In this document: positions 34,838 through 46,018 of the stretch, piece by piece
Layout of the letters: each line of letters begins with the position of its first letter
Numbering within the stretch: the first letter of the stretch is position 1
Source: Takakia lepidozioides
Taxonomy: Eukaryota; Plantae; Bryophyta
Reading direction: 5' to 3'
DNA length: 64,000 nt
Assembly (NCBI GenBank): GCA_030704615.1
Contig: CM060733.1
Coordinates: forward strand, 49,352,001-49,416,000
The notes under the pieces: generated by a model
Told to the model about the DNA's origin: nothing
The model's input: the letters and a program-made list of their open reading frames with translations, nothing else
Database searches by the model: none
Program-made: the position numbers and the translations under genes

Positions 34838-35839
34838 TTACTGATTCGGATTAGCAAACCTTTGTGAGCAAGTACCTTTCTGACGTTGAGAGTCTCGTGA
34901 ATGACTCTGTGTATGAGCCCGAGGTCTGTCACTGGTTGACGGAGATGATTGAACACTATCTGGATATGTGAGGCCCTCTGGAGGCTGATATCGAGGTAAT
35001 CTTTCAAGCATAGGAGACCCTCGTCGCTTCTTCTCTGCCATCTGAATTGCATAGTCTTCTCCTATATCAAAAGAGTCTGCTGAAGAAACAGTTGTATCAG
35101 AATCCTCATCTCCTCTCATGTGTTTTAACTGTCGAACTTTTTGTGGAATCCTTTGGGGCATACAATGTCGTCCTACCATGTCTGGAAGTTTAAATTTTAA
35201 AACTTGCTGCAAACGCTGATTGGCAAAATTGGTGAAGACCCTGAGCTCTTTGTCTGTCCAGGTGAGTGAGGTACTAATGACTTGTGAATTGTGCAAGTAT
35301 TTCCATCCTTCATGTCCCTTAAAGAAAATATCGTCAGGGCCGAATTTCTGTGTTGACAAATTGTTCCAGGCCGCATGAAACCATGAACGAATTTGAGAAT
35401 CCTTTTGCATCATAACTTTTGCCTCATATAGGTACATATGAGGTGACACTGAAGGTAAGACCCAATGATCCCCACTGGAATAACTCAGAAAGCGCGATTG
35501 CATCTTGTGTTGCTCAATGTGGTAATGTACTAGAAAACAAGCAGCGTAGTATACCCCACAGCCCATGACAATACTTGCTACCTCCTTGGTCTTGGTATAA
35601 ATGAATCCATGTACAACTTGGAAGGCAATTAATTCCTTCAACATGGTACTTGCCTCATGCCAGTACTGCGCAAAGTGATGATCCTCAATGGGTCGATTGT
35701 TTGGAAGTACCTTAGTTCTAGTTGCCACTGGCAGCCATATGCGCATGATTTGATAGTAATGTGCCAATGACTGCGGAGGACTAAATTCTTTCCAAACCAA
35801 ATCCAACACAATGAGAATTTGGTTGAATGGCATAATCAT
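34838..35839 (-). CDS. C-terminal 333 aa of the family-B extension protein (function unknown)
   Basis: Open frame ending ~23 nt before the PPT. The first ~125 aa are also conserved in B1 and B2. Confidence 0.7.
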   Translation of the reverse strand: MIMPFNQILIVLDLVWKEFSPPQSLAHYYQIMRIWLPVATRTKVLPNNRPIEDHHFAQYWHEASTMLKELIAFQVVHGFIYTKTKEVASIVMGCGVYYAACFLVHYHIEQHKMQSRFLSYSSGDHWVLPSVSPHMYLYEAKVMMQKDSQIRSWFHAAWNNLSTQKFGPDDIFFKGHEGWKYLHNSQVISTSLTWTDKELRVFTNFANQRLQQVLKFKLPDMVGRHCMPQRIPQKVRQLKHMRGDEDSDTTVSSADSFDIGEDYAIQMAEKKRRGSPMLERLPRYQPPEGLTYPDSVQSSPSTSDRPRAHTQSHSRDSQRQKGTCSQRFANPNQ

Positions 35840-38516
35840 AGCCCTACTGTACTCTCTTGCAGCTGAAGTTTTAGGTGGGTTAAAAGCAGCATTTCCCCAT
35901 ACCTCAGGCTGTGGTGGCTGTGGTGGCTGTGGTGGCTGTGGTGTGGCTGTAGTAACAACAGGGTCAGGTACAGTGACTTATTGTGGTGTTGGTGACACTG
36001 GCTCTTGTACCATTGGCATCTCCTGCACCTCCTGTGAAGAAGACTGAAAAGCTAAAGTTCTCGCTTTTAAATAAGAAGCCATTAGCTGTTCCTCAGGTAC
36101 ACAGACTCTGTTGTCGATATTTGAAGTGAGGTCCTCCACTTGAGTCTGCAGGCCATCTACATCCTCCTGTAACTCCGCTATCCTACTATAGACATTGTCT
36201 ATAGTAGTTGTGGCAATGTTCTGCACTTGCAGTCTGAGCTCATTCATCTCGCTTTGGGTGAGCTTTCGTGGTGTTTTGCCCTCCACTGGCCCTTGTGCTA
36301 ACCAGACCTACATAAGGTGGTTATCCACTAAGTTGCTTGTGGTACCTCTGAGAGTCTGCTCCTCTCTGAGTTTGTACATATCTAACTGCTGTTGTAAAGC
36401 CTCCATGCGCTTCGCATGAGGGTTCAACCAAATTTGCATAGGCAGCAAGCAGATTATTGGCTTCCTTCCAAGCCTTGTTAGTGACCGAGATTTCATTTCT
36501 ATTGGCCATGAGCGTTTGTCGCAACTCCAGTATGTATCTCTCTTGGTCAGCTTCAACCTGTCTGTATTGCTTGAAAGTATCCTCATTGCGACAGATTGTA
36601 TTCTTCATATCGACAATGAGTTTCACTTGCTCAACATTTTCTGCCTCTGCCTTCGTACATCTTTCCGCTTGACTGTTTATTTCTGTTGTAGATTGGTCAA
36701 GCATAGTTATGAGTGTAGCACATTGGATGGTCATCCTGTCATGCACTGTCTGCAACTCCGTATGTAGTGCATTCACTTCTTGCAACTTGCTTTCATGCTT
36801 CACTTGCATTTGGTATAGCTGTTGCTTATGTGCTTCGTGCAACTGGTCTTGCGAGAGGCGTGCCTCAATCAATTGTTCCTTGGCCAATTGCAAAGCCGCT
36901 TCTGTACTCTCCAAGTCTTGCTGCATCTTGAGAGTGACCTCTTCATCGATCTTATTTGCACACTCAGTGGCAAGTCGAGCCTCAAACTCCTTCCTGAGTT
37001 CCTCCCTCAAAGCTGCCAATTGAGTAGTGGGAACATGTGATTTGACATAAGTACCCAACAAATTAAGTGTCATGTTTATGGAACTCATAAGCATCGCCTG
37101 TTGAGGGTCATCTTGATGAGCTTGCTGCTGTTCTCCCTGATCCTCAACAGTGTGATGCCTTACGAACCACTCAAGCCATTGCCCCACCAGATTTTCTTCC
37201 TGAACCACTCCATCCGTCACTGGTGCTGCAGTGTCTTGGCATTCTACCTGTGGTACCTCCGTCACAGGTGTGTGTATTATATGCACCGCAGGGTTTCCCC
37301 TGGACAACCGTTGCACCTCCGGAATCACTGTGTCCTTGACCATACCAGAATATTCATAGAGAAGGTCCCCCTTCTCAATTTCTGCCACCACTTGTTCTGT
37401 AGTGGGAATATCTAACCCTTCTTTTTCTAAATCAATTATTTCTGGTTGAACTGCATGGACAACTTGTGGTAACTTTGTGACAAGCCGATCATTTGGCTGT
37501 GATGGCTGTGATACTGAAGTAACTTCCTCTTCCTTCTCTGAAGGTCCTGCTTCCAGTAATAGCAGTTTTCTGTGCTGCTGTGCCCCTTCCTGCACAAGAG
37601 CTTGGGAAACATTATCATGCGTATTCCGTGAAGCCAGTGGATCCGCCACTACAGTCTTTCCCCGTCTCTGTCTCTTAGTCTCGGGTTGCCCTGCCAGTCC
37701 ACCCTCACTGTGTGAAGAGCCTTGCTCTTCCATTGCAGTGGTTTGTGGCTCAAACACTCCCATCTCCTTTATTTCTCACGCATCAGGTATGCCAGAATCA
37801 AGAATTATTTGAGCAATAATTGGGCCAGACACTATGATAGGAGACTTTGCGGCAGTACCCTGTAATCTTTTCATCTCCTCTACCAGTGCGTTGTACATTA
37901 TGTCCGCCCATTCTACCTCTTCTCCTCTCAGGGCTTTGAGTATTTCTTCTGTGAAGGATCTGCTTAAATACTGTTGGTTCTGTTCATGGCAAACAGAACG
38001 TTCATTTTTGCCAATCCAGAGGAAGAGAATTTCTGTTGGCAACATTAGAGTGATAAATGTACCAAAAAAAGGGTGCACTTCTAGCACTAACCAGCCTCAC
38101 GAACTTTGGTCATTTTTAGATGTCAGAGAGCTTACCCATCATTTACAGAGGCCAAAGACTTTAGCTCTGTAGTAGTCAAATGGTGCATACTGTGCTGCAA
38201 TCTCCTCGCGGGTGGTTTGATCAGGCAAGTTAAAGGCTACGGAGGAATCGAACCGGCTTCACCAAACAAAAGCACCACATGCATCAGAACTCGAGTGACT
38301 TGGACAAGATATCATAATCAGTTGAATCTGCCTACAGGTTGAAATGAAATGAAAGGAAGATCACACTGATGGCAGGTACGACAACTCAAACTCCTGACAA
38401 ACATACCTCGAAGTGAGAGTTGTGAGACCTTCCCTCATGATTGACACCCGAGTAAAAGCATTCACACTTGGAGCCTGACAATGATAGCCCATCAAACTAC
38501 AAGGGAAAGGTGAGCA

Positions 38517-38822
38517 ATTTCGGATAGGGTTATGAGAAAACGATGTATTAGTTCCGTACGAGTTAGACAACAAACGTCTCCTCTCATTCAACTGTGCGAT
38601 ACTACCATGAGAGGCATGGATCGAAAAGTAATAGGTGCACATGCGACCTCCGAACGTTTGATACTAGGTCTCTACTTAAACGTGCGGAGGTCGCATGTAC
38701 ACCTATTACTTTTTTATCCATGCCACTCATGGTAGTATCGCACAGTTGAATGAGATATGAAACGTTTGTTGTCTAACTCATATAGATCCAATATATCATT
38801 TTCTCAATACCCTGTCAGAAAT
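38517..38822. mobile_element. ~300-bp foldback/MITE-like inverted repeat in an intron
   Basis: Arms of ~145 bp (GAGTTAGACAACAAACGT...CATGCGACCTCCG / CGGAGGTCGCATG...ACGTTTGTTGTCTAACTC) around a ~15-nt spacer. Confidence 0.85.
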
Positions 38823-40189
38823 ATTGAAACATTCGCAGTTACAAACAGTGCCACAATACACGGCCGGTTTTGATGAAATGACACTTGTGAGGTTCGAGCA
38901 TATGCAATCTACCTTAAGAGTGCTGGGTCAAGATCTTGTTTCCGATTGGTAGCTGCAATGACAACTATCCTTTTGTCTTGTTCAAATCCATCCATCTGAC
39001 AAACACAAAACTGCAATCAGTGAAAAAAGAAATAAAAATTAGACAAGACAGGTTCCCCCCGGCAAATTTGGGTGATCAAGATTCTGTCCATACTGACCCA
39101 CCCAGAAGTCAGATGTGCCTGTGGTTGGCTGCCATTCACACTGTATGACCAGAGGACAACTTCCACACAAAAGAGAGTGTGAGTCTAAATGATCTCAGAC
39201 AATTTATAAGTGACATTCATTGAGAAATATCCAAACCTGCCTCAACAGAACAGAAAGTATTCTGCGAGTGGCTTCATGCATCTCACTGTCACGTGTTGTT
39301 GCTAAAGAGTCGATCTGCAAAATGCAGCAATGCAAATTAAATCTCCAAGACATCGACTGAGATGTAGAAAGTTAGACCACAACTACATGTCAACTAGAAG
39401 GGGTGCAACATAGTAACTACTGATGTCCCTTTTTCTCAAGACAAATGAAGAATAGAATCCCTAAAGATCATAGCTCAACCACACCACACAGAGAGTGAGA
39501 AACAAAACAATAGATATATTTTCAATTGAGGGGTGCAAGGCCACACACCTCATCCAAGAAGACAATGGCACCGTCAGGAAGCTCATTGCCTGCATTGAAA
39601 ATAGAGGCAAGCAACCGCTCACTCTCCCCGTAGTACTTCGACATAACCACTTCCAAAGGAACATACAACAATGGCACACCCTGTGACAGATCTCCTAGGG
39701 TTAGTATCCCGAACCACACCCAACAAGTTCCATCTACTGAAACGAACAAGCCAGACAACTGTGAATGCAACATGAAATTAGACCTACAAACTGCATGTCC
39801 ATAACTGAGCTGGTCATGGTATGGATGTAACATCCCACTCGCAGGCCCCCTGCACAAAAATGAGTCTTTCCAAATTTTGGATGTCCTCCACCTGTTGGTG
39901 TTATTCCTGACAGTCTATTTTAAGAACCCTAGATTTTTACAGAATGACACTTGTGCGGAGCACTTCCTTCTTTCATGGGCCCTCTGTCTACAAGATAAAA
40001 TTTCATTCTTTTTTGCATGCTCGGTTGTCCAGCTTTTTGAAGCGCAATGGACTCTCCATTGCTTCCCTACTGCCACAAAATACGGAGGGGATATTGCGTC
40101 CAAACAGGACTGAAGAGAACTTACGGAACTGCATGTCACGCAGACATGGAAACCAGCCACTCTAACAATCAAGCTGCAATTCTATCGGG

Positions 40190-40550
40190 AGACGTTCTTG
40201 GTTGTATGTGACAATAAGATCTTGTGGGCTAATTACCTGTCTGCAGCTCTATCTCCCTCTCGTCTACGGGCATGGGGGAGGTTCAGGGTGGGTTCCCACA
40301 GTCTGAGGATAGAGACTAGTAGGTGGGAAAATCTGCAACGTGAAGACCGACTATGGCCCACGTGTACTGGGAAGTACACGGAGATCGAATGTGAAGAACA
40401 TTTCTTCTTTCACTGCCCTTTTTACTATGAGATCCATGGAAGATTCAACTGTCTATTCCAGGATACCCAATCTCTCATGGAGGTTTTCCATTACGAGGAT
40501 CAGAAGCCCCTCTCTCTCTTTTGTTTCTTTCTTCCTCTTGTCCCATAAGC
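40190..40550 (+). mobile_element. 3' fragment of a non-LTR retrotransposon ORF2 (intronic)
   Basis: RFRVGSHSLRIETSRW...R..C...ECEEHFFFHCPFY is the C-terminal Cys/His motif of LINE ORF2. Confidence 0.75.
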
Positions 40551-43229
40551 TCTTTGAGGTTCCGCAGATGTTATAAAGCACCATTTCATTTCATTTGCTT
40601 CTGTCTCTTTAACAGAAGCATTCAGCTATAAGGACCTGCAATAGTAGCTATCTGCATGAAGCACTAGGTCTACCTGCAATGTTTGGGTTTCATTGTTATT
40701 TGGTTTCAGTGGTTCTACTGTTTTGTTCTACTGTCCCAAGGGTCCTCCGGGCCTCAAGTGGCCATGATAAGTTTCTTTGTTCCTTTTCTGTCCCTCTTTC
40801 TACAAGTGCACCATACAATCAGCACCAGTTGCATGCAAAACTTTGAATGTCTTCAGCTTAAACAATCTTTCGTGTCACAAATCCAGTACCTGGAGGACCT
40901 TCAAAGAGGATGGCGCGGGGTCAGTTTGATTCAAACTTGCGTCGTGTCCCGCGCGCAATGTTGTCATAGACCTCTGGCCTTTTCAAAGCCAGTAGCACCA
41001 CGTCCTCTATCTCCCTGTTCAGTACCACAACTCACTGTGAAATCTTACACAATTCTAATATTGTTGTTCCAATAGGATAGCAAGTTGTGCATGCCGTTGC
41101 CTTCTTACAAAAATTGGCTTTGAGGGATGTATTACAAACCACAAACCTGATAATAATTCCACAAACTTGAAATTGGTATGGGTGAGTCAGGTGTACCCAA
41201 AAATCACCCATGTAACCAGGAGAGAGAGACGGCCATTACAAAAGAGTGCACTTTTGGAAAGTGATAATTAGGTTATTATTATGCTCTCATTTCCTAGGAG
41301 AATGTTTTTCTTGGCCTGACGAGTACTTACATACTCGAGCATTGCTGCCAAGCAAGAGTTCAGAAACAGTTCAAAATCCAGATAAGTTGCAGATATTTGA
41401 CAAACACAAAGGTAAGACTAGACAATTCCAGACAAGAAGAGCACCTTTTCTGGTCATGGTAACCTGCAATATTGTCCCATGAGACATTTTCACCCTCCAG
41501 TTCACCATCGATGGTTTCCGTTCCATAAATCTTGACACCCATAGCCTCCAAAGCTTCGAGTGTCTTGATCTTCCCTCTACCTGGACTTGGCCTCTCCTTT
41601 GCACATTCCCCAGCGGGCAGGCCTCCCCGATATTTCCATCGGCTTCCTGGTGGCCACCTGTCAAAACTGCCACCCTCTATTGAACCTTCTCCTGACTCTT
41701 CTGGCAACCCATCACTGTTTCCTCCCTCCTTCGTCCCACGCCTGGCTGTTTTCCGCTTCTTGATTCCCAGATCTAGTACACCCGCAATGCTCAATGAGCT
41801 CACAATTGCATCCATTTCTTTGGATGTGAGGTATCCTTTTTTGAGAAACTCTACTTCCTGTAAAACAGAAGTGGAACCCACAAATGCTGGTTCTGTTTAA
41901 CAATAGCAAAATTATGTGAAAGTAAGAGGGGAGATGCACACACCACTTTCACATTGGAGCCATGTGACTGGGCATCTCACATGCTGAACTGCCTGTCAGA
42001 CTTTAACTAAGAGACGAAAAGCCATGGAATTTAATCTAGTGCCCCTGTACCCTCAACCTGCAAGGTACCGGCTGAAAGGCAACCCAGGTGAAGAGGGGCC
42101 ATGGGTAGGGGACACTATTTGTTAGTGCGAAAGTAAATCAACAGTGCAAGCAGAAATGCTTTATCATCCAGAAAACCTGAGAAAGAAACCTACAGAGGCT
42201 TTGTAATCCCCAATGAGTGCTCGAAGACCAGCACACACAGCTTGCTGCTCTCTGCAATGATGTCACTACTCCTACCAGCCAGCTGCTCCGAGCAATCACT
42301 CATTGGCAGCCTCGTGTTGTCAGGCAGCTGCTCTGAGGGCAAAATTATCAGCTGCCGTGCCACAGCGCTGCTTTGCCAGAAAGTATGAAAGAAATGAATA
42401 GTGTAAATCCATATGGCCAACTCACTTCACAAGCCTGAGATGCAGGAAGTGAAATTCTTTCAGGGTGAACGGAGAAGATGGTTTGAATCCAGTATATGGA
42501 TTTGGCAAGGGGGAATGATGATCCATGAGATACGCATACTTATCAACCAGCCCCATTCGTGTATAGAGCACATGTAGGTAATCTCTGGCCAATAGACAAG
42601 GCCATTTGTGTTTATCATGGATGGAGGTGGAATGCCTTCTGTCCCTCCATGAGCCCCACCGAAGGTCACATATTCAGTCATCACCAGTGTAGTAAGTCTG
42701 TTGCTATCTTTATAGTCTGAAAGTTCCCCACTTAACCTCTGTATACTGACTAGGACTGCACAGCCACAGCCAAATTAATTTCAAACTGTTACATATGATT
42801 GAGGGCACAGGTGCAAGTCCCGCCACTGTTGTTCAAAAGACATTCTTTGTCTGGGAACATCAAGAACTGATCGTTTGGCTCAGCTCCCAGCACGAGGGAT
42901 TAAGCACAGTCAGCAAAGTTCGACATTCTCACATATAGAAATTCTTGGACAAGAGGTTGGGCAGATGAATGAAAAGTAAAATTTATGTGGAGACATGAAT
43001 GCATGATCAAAGCAGGAAAAGCTACCTGTCCAAAGCTCTCACAACCATCTCACTGCCACCACTTCCACCATCATTTGTCCGTCCACCAAGCCGCGATACT
43101 ACATCGACAATCAAATGTGATACATCACATGTTGGAGATACTGGGAATCGGACCGAAACCTGCCTCCATGGCCCACCCCAAATCAGTTTTGAACAAGAAC
43201 AACCTTCCGTCCACATACTAAGATTTGCT

Positions 43230-46018
43230 GAAACTTCTTCCACTCATTGCGTGGATATGAAAGCCAGGAATAACAGAAGTAGCGGGGGCAGGGCTATGTA
43301 AAAAGTAACAAGGGCTTGAATGAATAGAAAAATGAAGGCCTTAGCAAACGTAACTGAAAAGGTCAGCAGGTACTTTCTCTCTCTTCGGTTTTCTTGGGAG
43401 AGTTTCGTTTCCTCCGTGGCTGACAAGATCATTGGGAGGAAACTAATTGTCTGCGGTAGAGCAGTTAATTGGTGGACTAATGAGATTAAACTCAAGATAG
43501 CTGAGAGACGAGCCCTCTATAAAGAGTGCTGCAATTTGGAAACCAACAGAGAATTGTGGGCGAGGTACTACCAGCTCCGTAAAGATATCAATCAGCTTGT
43601 TAGGTCTCAGAAGAAATTATACTGGGACAAGTTATACAGTGAAATAAACTCAAACTACCATGGTGGTAATGACAAGAAATTCTGGTTGGCCCTTCAACGT
43701 TTGTACAAACCGAAAAACGGTCAGCAAGTACAAGCGCTGAAGACTACTAAAGGTGCAGTGGTGACTTCATCGGTTGACATTGTCAAAACCTTTGAAACTC
43801 ACTACAGTATCCTTGGCAGAACTTCTAGGTCTAACAGTGAGGGGTCTTCTGCTGAATGGAGGGACACAGTTGGAAAAACTGTTCCTATGATTCAAAACAG
43901 CCCTGATGAACTGGAGTATATTTCAATGGCTTATAATGCTCCCATTAGTTCTTCTGAGATTGTGGAAGCAATTGAACATTTAAATGGATATAAAGCTGGT
44001 GGACCTGATGGTATTGTCAACGAGCTTATCAAGCACGGTGGCGATCCCATGATAGAGGCCCTAGTTCTCCTCTTTAACCTTATCTGGAAGACTGAAATGA
44101 TCCCCTTTCGCTGGCGAAAGGGGGTCATTGTCAATCTATACAAGAAGGGTGACAGAGAAGAACCGGGGAACTACCGTGGCATCACGCTCCTCAATGCTGT
44201 TGGCAAGACATTCTGCAGAGTTATAAGTACTCGTCTCGAGGTTGATCTGGAGTCTAGAGGTTGTTTCCACGAAGGCCAAGCTGGCTTTCGGCGAAACAGG
44301 GGCTGTGTGGATCATATCTTCACTCTAAGCCAGATTATCCAGGGAAGGAAAAAAGAAGGGAAACCCACTTATGTCTTTTTCCTGGATGTCAAAAAGGCTT
44401 ATGACACAGTGTGGAGAGATGGCCTATGGTTACGCCTCTGGTCTTGTGGGATCAAGGGAAAGATGTGGAGAGTTGTCCACAACTTGTATGCTCACACCAA
44501 AAGCTGTGTCACTGTTAACGGACAGAAGTCCAACTTCTTTGACATAGACCAAGGTGTAGCTCAAGGATGTACTCTCTCCCCTCTGCTCTTCAATGTTTTC
44601 ATCAATCAACTCCTCGAGGATGTGGAAAGTGAGGGATTTGGGTTAAGGGTGGGTGATACCACCATACCAGCCCTTATGTTTGCGGATGACTTCGCAGGCA
44701 TAGGGAGACTCCAACCAATCTCCAGGAGTTGATTGATTGCGCGAAGAGATACTTTGATCTTTGGGGCTAGAGGCTAATGTCAGCAAATGTGCAGTGGTAG
44801 CATTCAACGACAGAGGAGAGGGAGGAAGTGATCTTAAGTGGCAGTGGGGTAGCCAAGAGATCCCGGTCCTCCCTTCCTACACTTACCTGGGCGTTGAGTT
44901 CTCCTCCAATTGTAATTGGGATGCACATATCCGGAAAGTTGTTCAAACTGGCAAGGGCAAAGCTCTGGGGCTCACTAAATTTTTCCACTGCAGAGGGGTC
45001 AACTCTGAGGTCAAGAAAACCATGCTTTGTCGCGTTATTAGACCTGCCTTGGAGTACGGATCTGCTATATGGGTTGATAACTCCAACCAGGCTAAGTCTC
45101 TAGAATCCATTCAAGTGGGGGTGCTTAAGGAGTGTATGTCAGCATGCTCCAAAACAGCCAATGTGGCTGTTCGGGGTGAGTTTGGCATTCCGTCCTTAAG
45201 CTCCCGACGAGATGAATTCAAGGTCAGATGGTGGGGTCAGCTGCAACATATGCCCAACACCAGATATCCTAAGTTAATCGACTCTATATCTTGGAAAACA
45301 GGACCGCCCTGTCAAACAGGCTAAGTCCTGGCAGAAGAGAGTAGAAGAGATCCTCAAGGACCTGGACCTGGATCGCAAGTCTTGACCCTGCTGGATAAAT
45401 CTGAACTTAGAGGCTGTCGTGTCCTCAGCCATGTCTGTTGCCATGAGATTGTCTGATGAAAATGAAGTTAGGCAGAAAACTTCCCTGAACTTGTTTCCAG
45501 TCTGTGACGTGGGGGAGGACATCTTGGATGACCTCAAGGGTCTACCCACTCCGGCACTAGACTGAAATTTAAACTCAGGGCAGGAAGCCTACCTTTGAAC
45601 AGCAAACAGAAGCAGAGAGGAAAGGGAGAGTGCAATTGCCCGTTGTGTGGGCAATCTGAAGACAGTATTCATTTTCTGATACACTGTCCGGGGTTCTCAC
45701 CAAAGAGACGCTCTCTTCAAATCTATTAAGGGAATTGTGCCTGTACCCCTGTTTACCAACTTTGAAAGTCTCGAGGCTGAGCCAAAAGCCCAGGCCCTCC
45801 TGAGGCCTAGTTTTTGGGCAAATCACACACAGCAGATTGATGCTTGTGTGAAGGGATTTCTAGAGGATATCTGGAAAACCCGGATTAATTCTTTATATGG
45901 AGGTAAGTCTTACTACCAACGTCAGCCCCTGACAGAGGTAGGTTCTGTCCCTTTTGTTCCCGCTCAAACTGGGCGCGGGGTCAATGGCCACAAGGCTACG
46001 GCAAACAACGTCTTATGA
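43230..46018 (+). mobile_element. 5'-truncated non-LTR retrotransposon (LINE) RT, frameshifted, antisense within an intron
   Basis: ORF 43320-44732 has KAGGPDG, NYRGITLL, QAGFR, FLDVKKAYDTV, GVAQGCTLSP, FADD. ORF 44761-45324 has YTYLGV and LEYGSAIW. A Cys/His remnant lies near 45640-45690. No endonuclease and no clear TSD. Confidence 0.9.

Larger units (their letters stand above)
33260..38004 (-). mobile_element. Family-B copy B3: 3' part of the extension ORF, PPT and 3' LTR; 5'-truncated
   Basis: ORFs 36321-37763, 35978-36286 and 34838-35839 are homologous to B1/B2. PPT AGAGGGGAAGGGG at 34802-34814. LTR 33260-34798. Confidence 0.92.

Noticed and set aside
40921-40923. TGA repaired by U-to-C RNA editing
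   Set aside because: Such editing is organellar, whereas this is an intron-containing nuclear gene with an additional frameshift. CpG deamination is sufficient.
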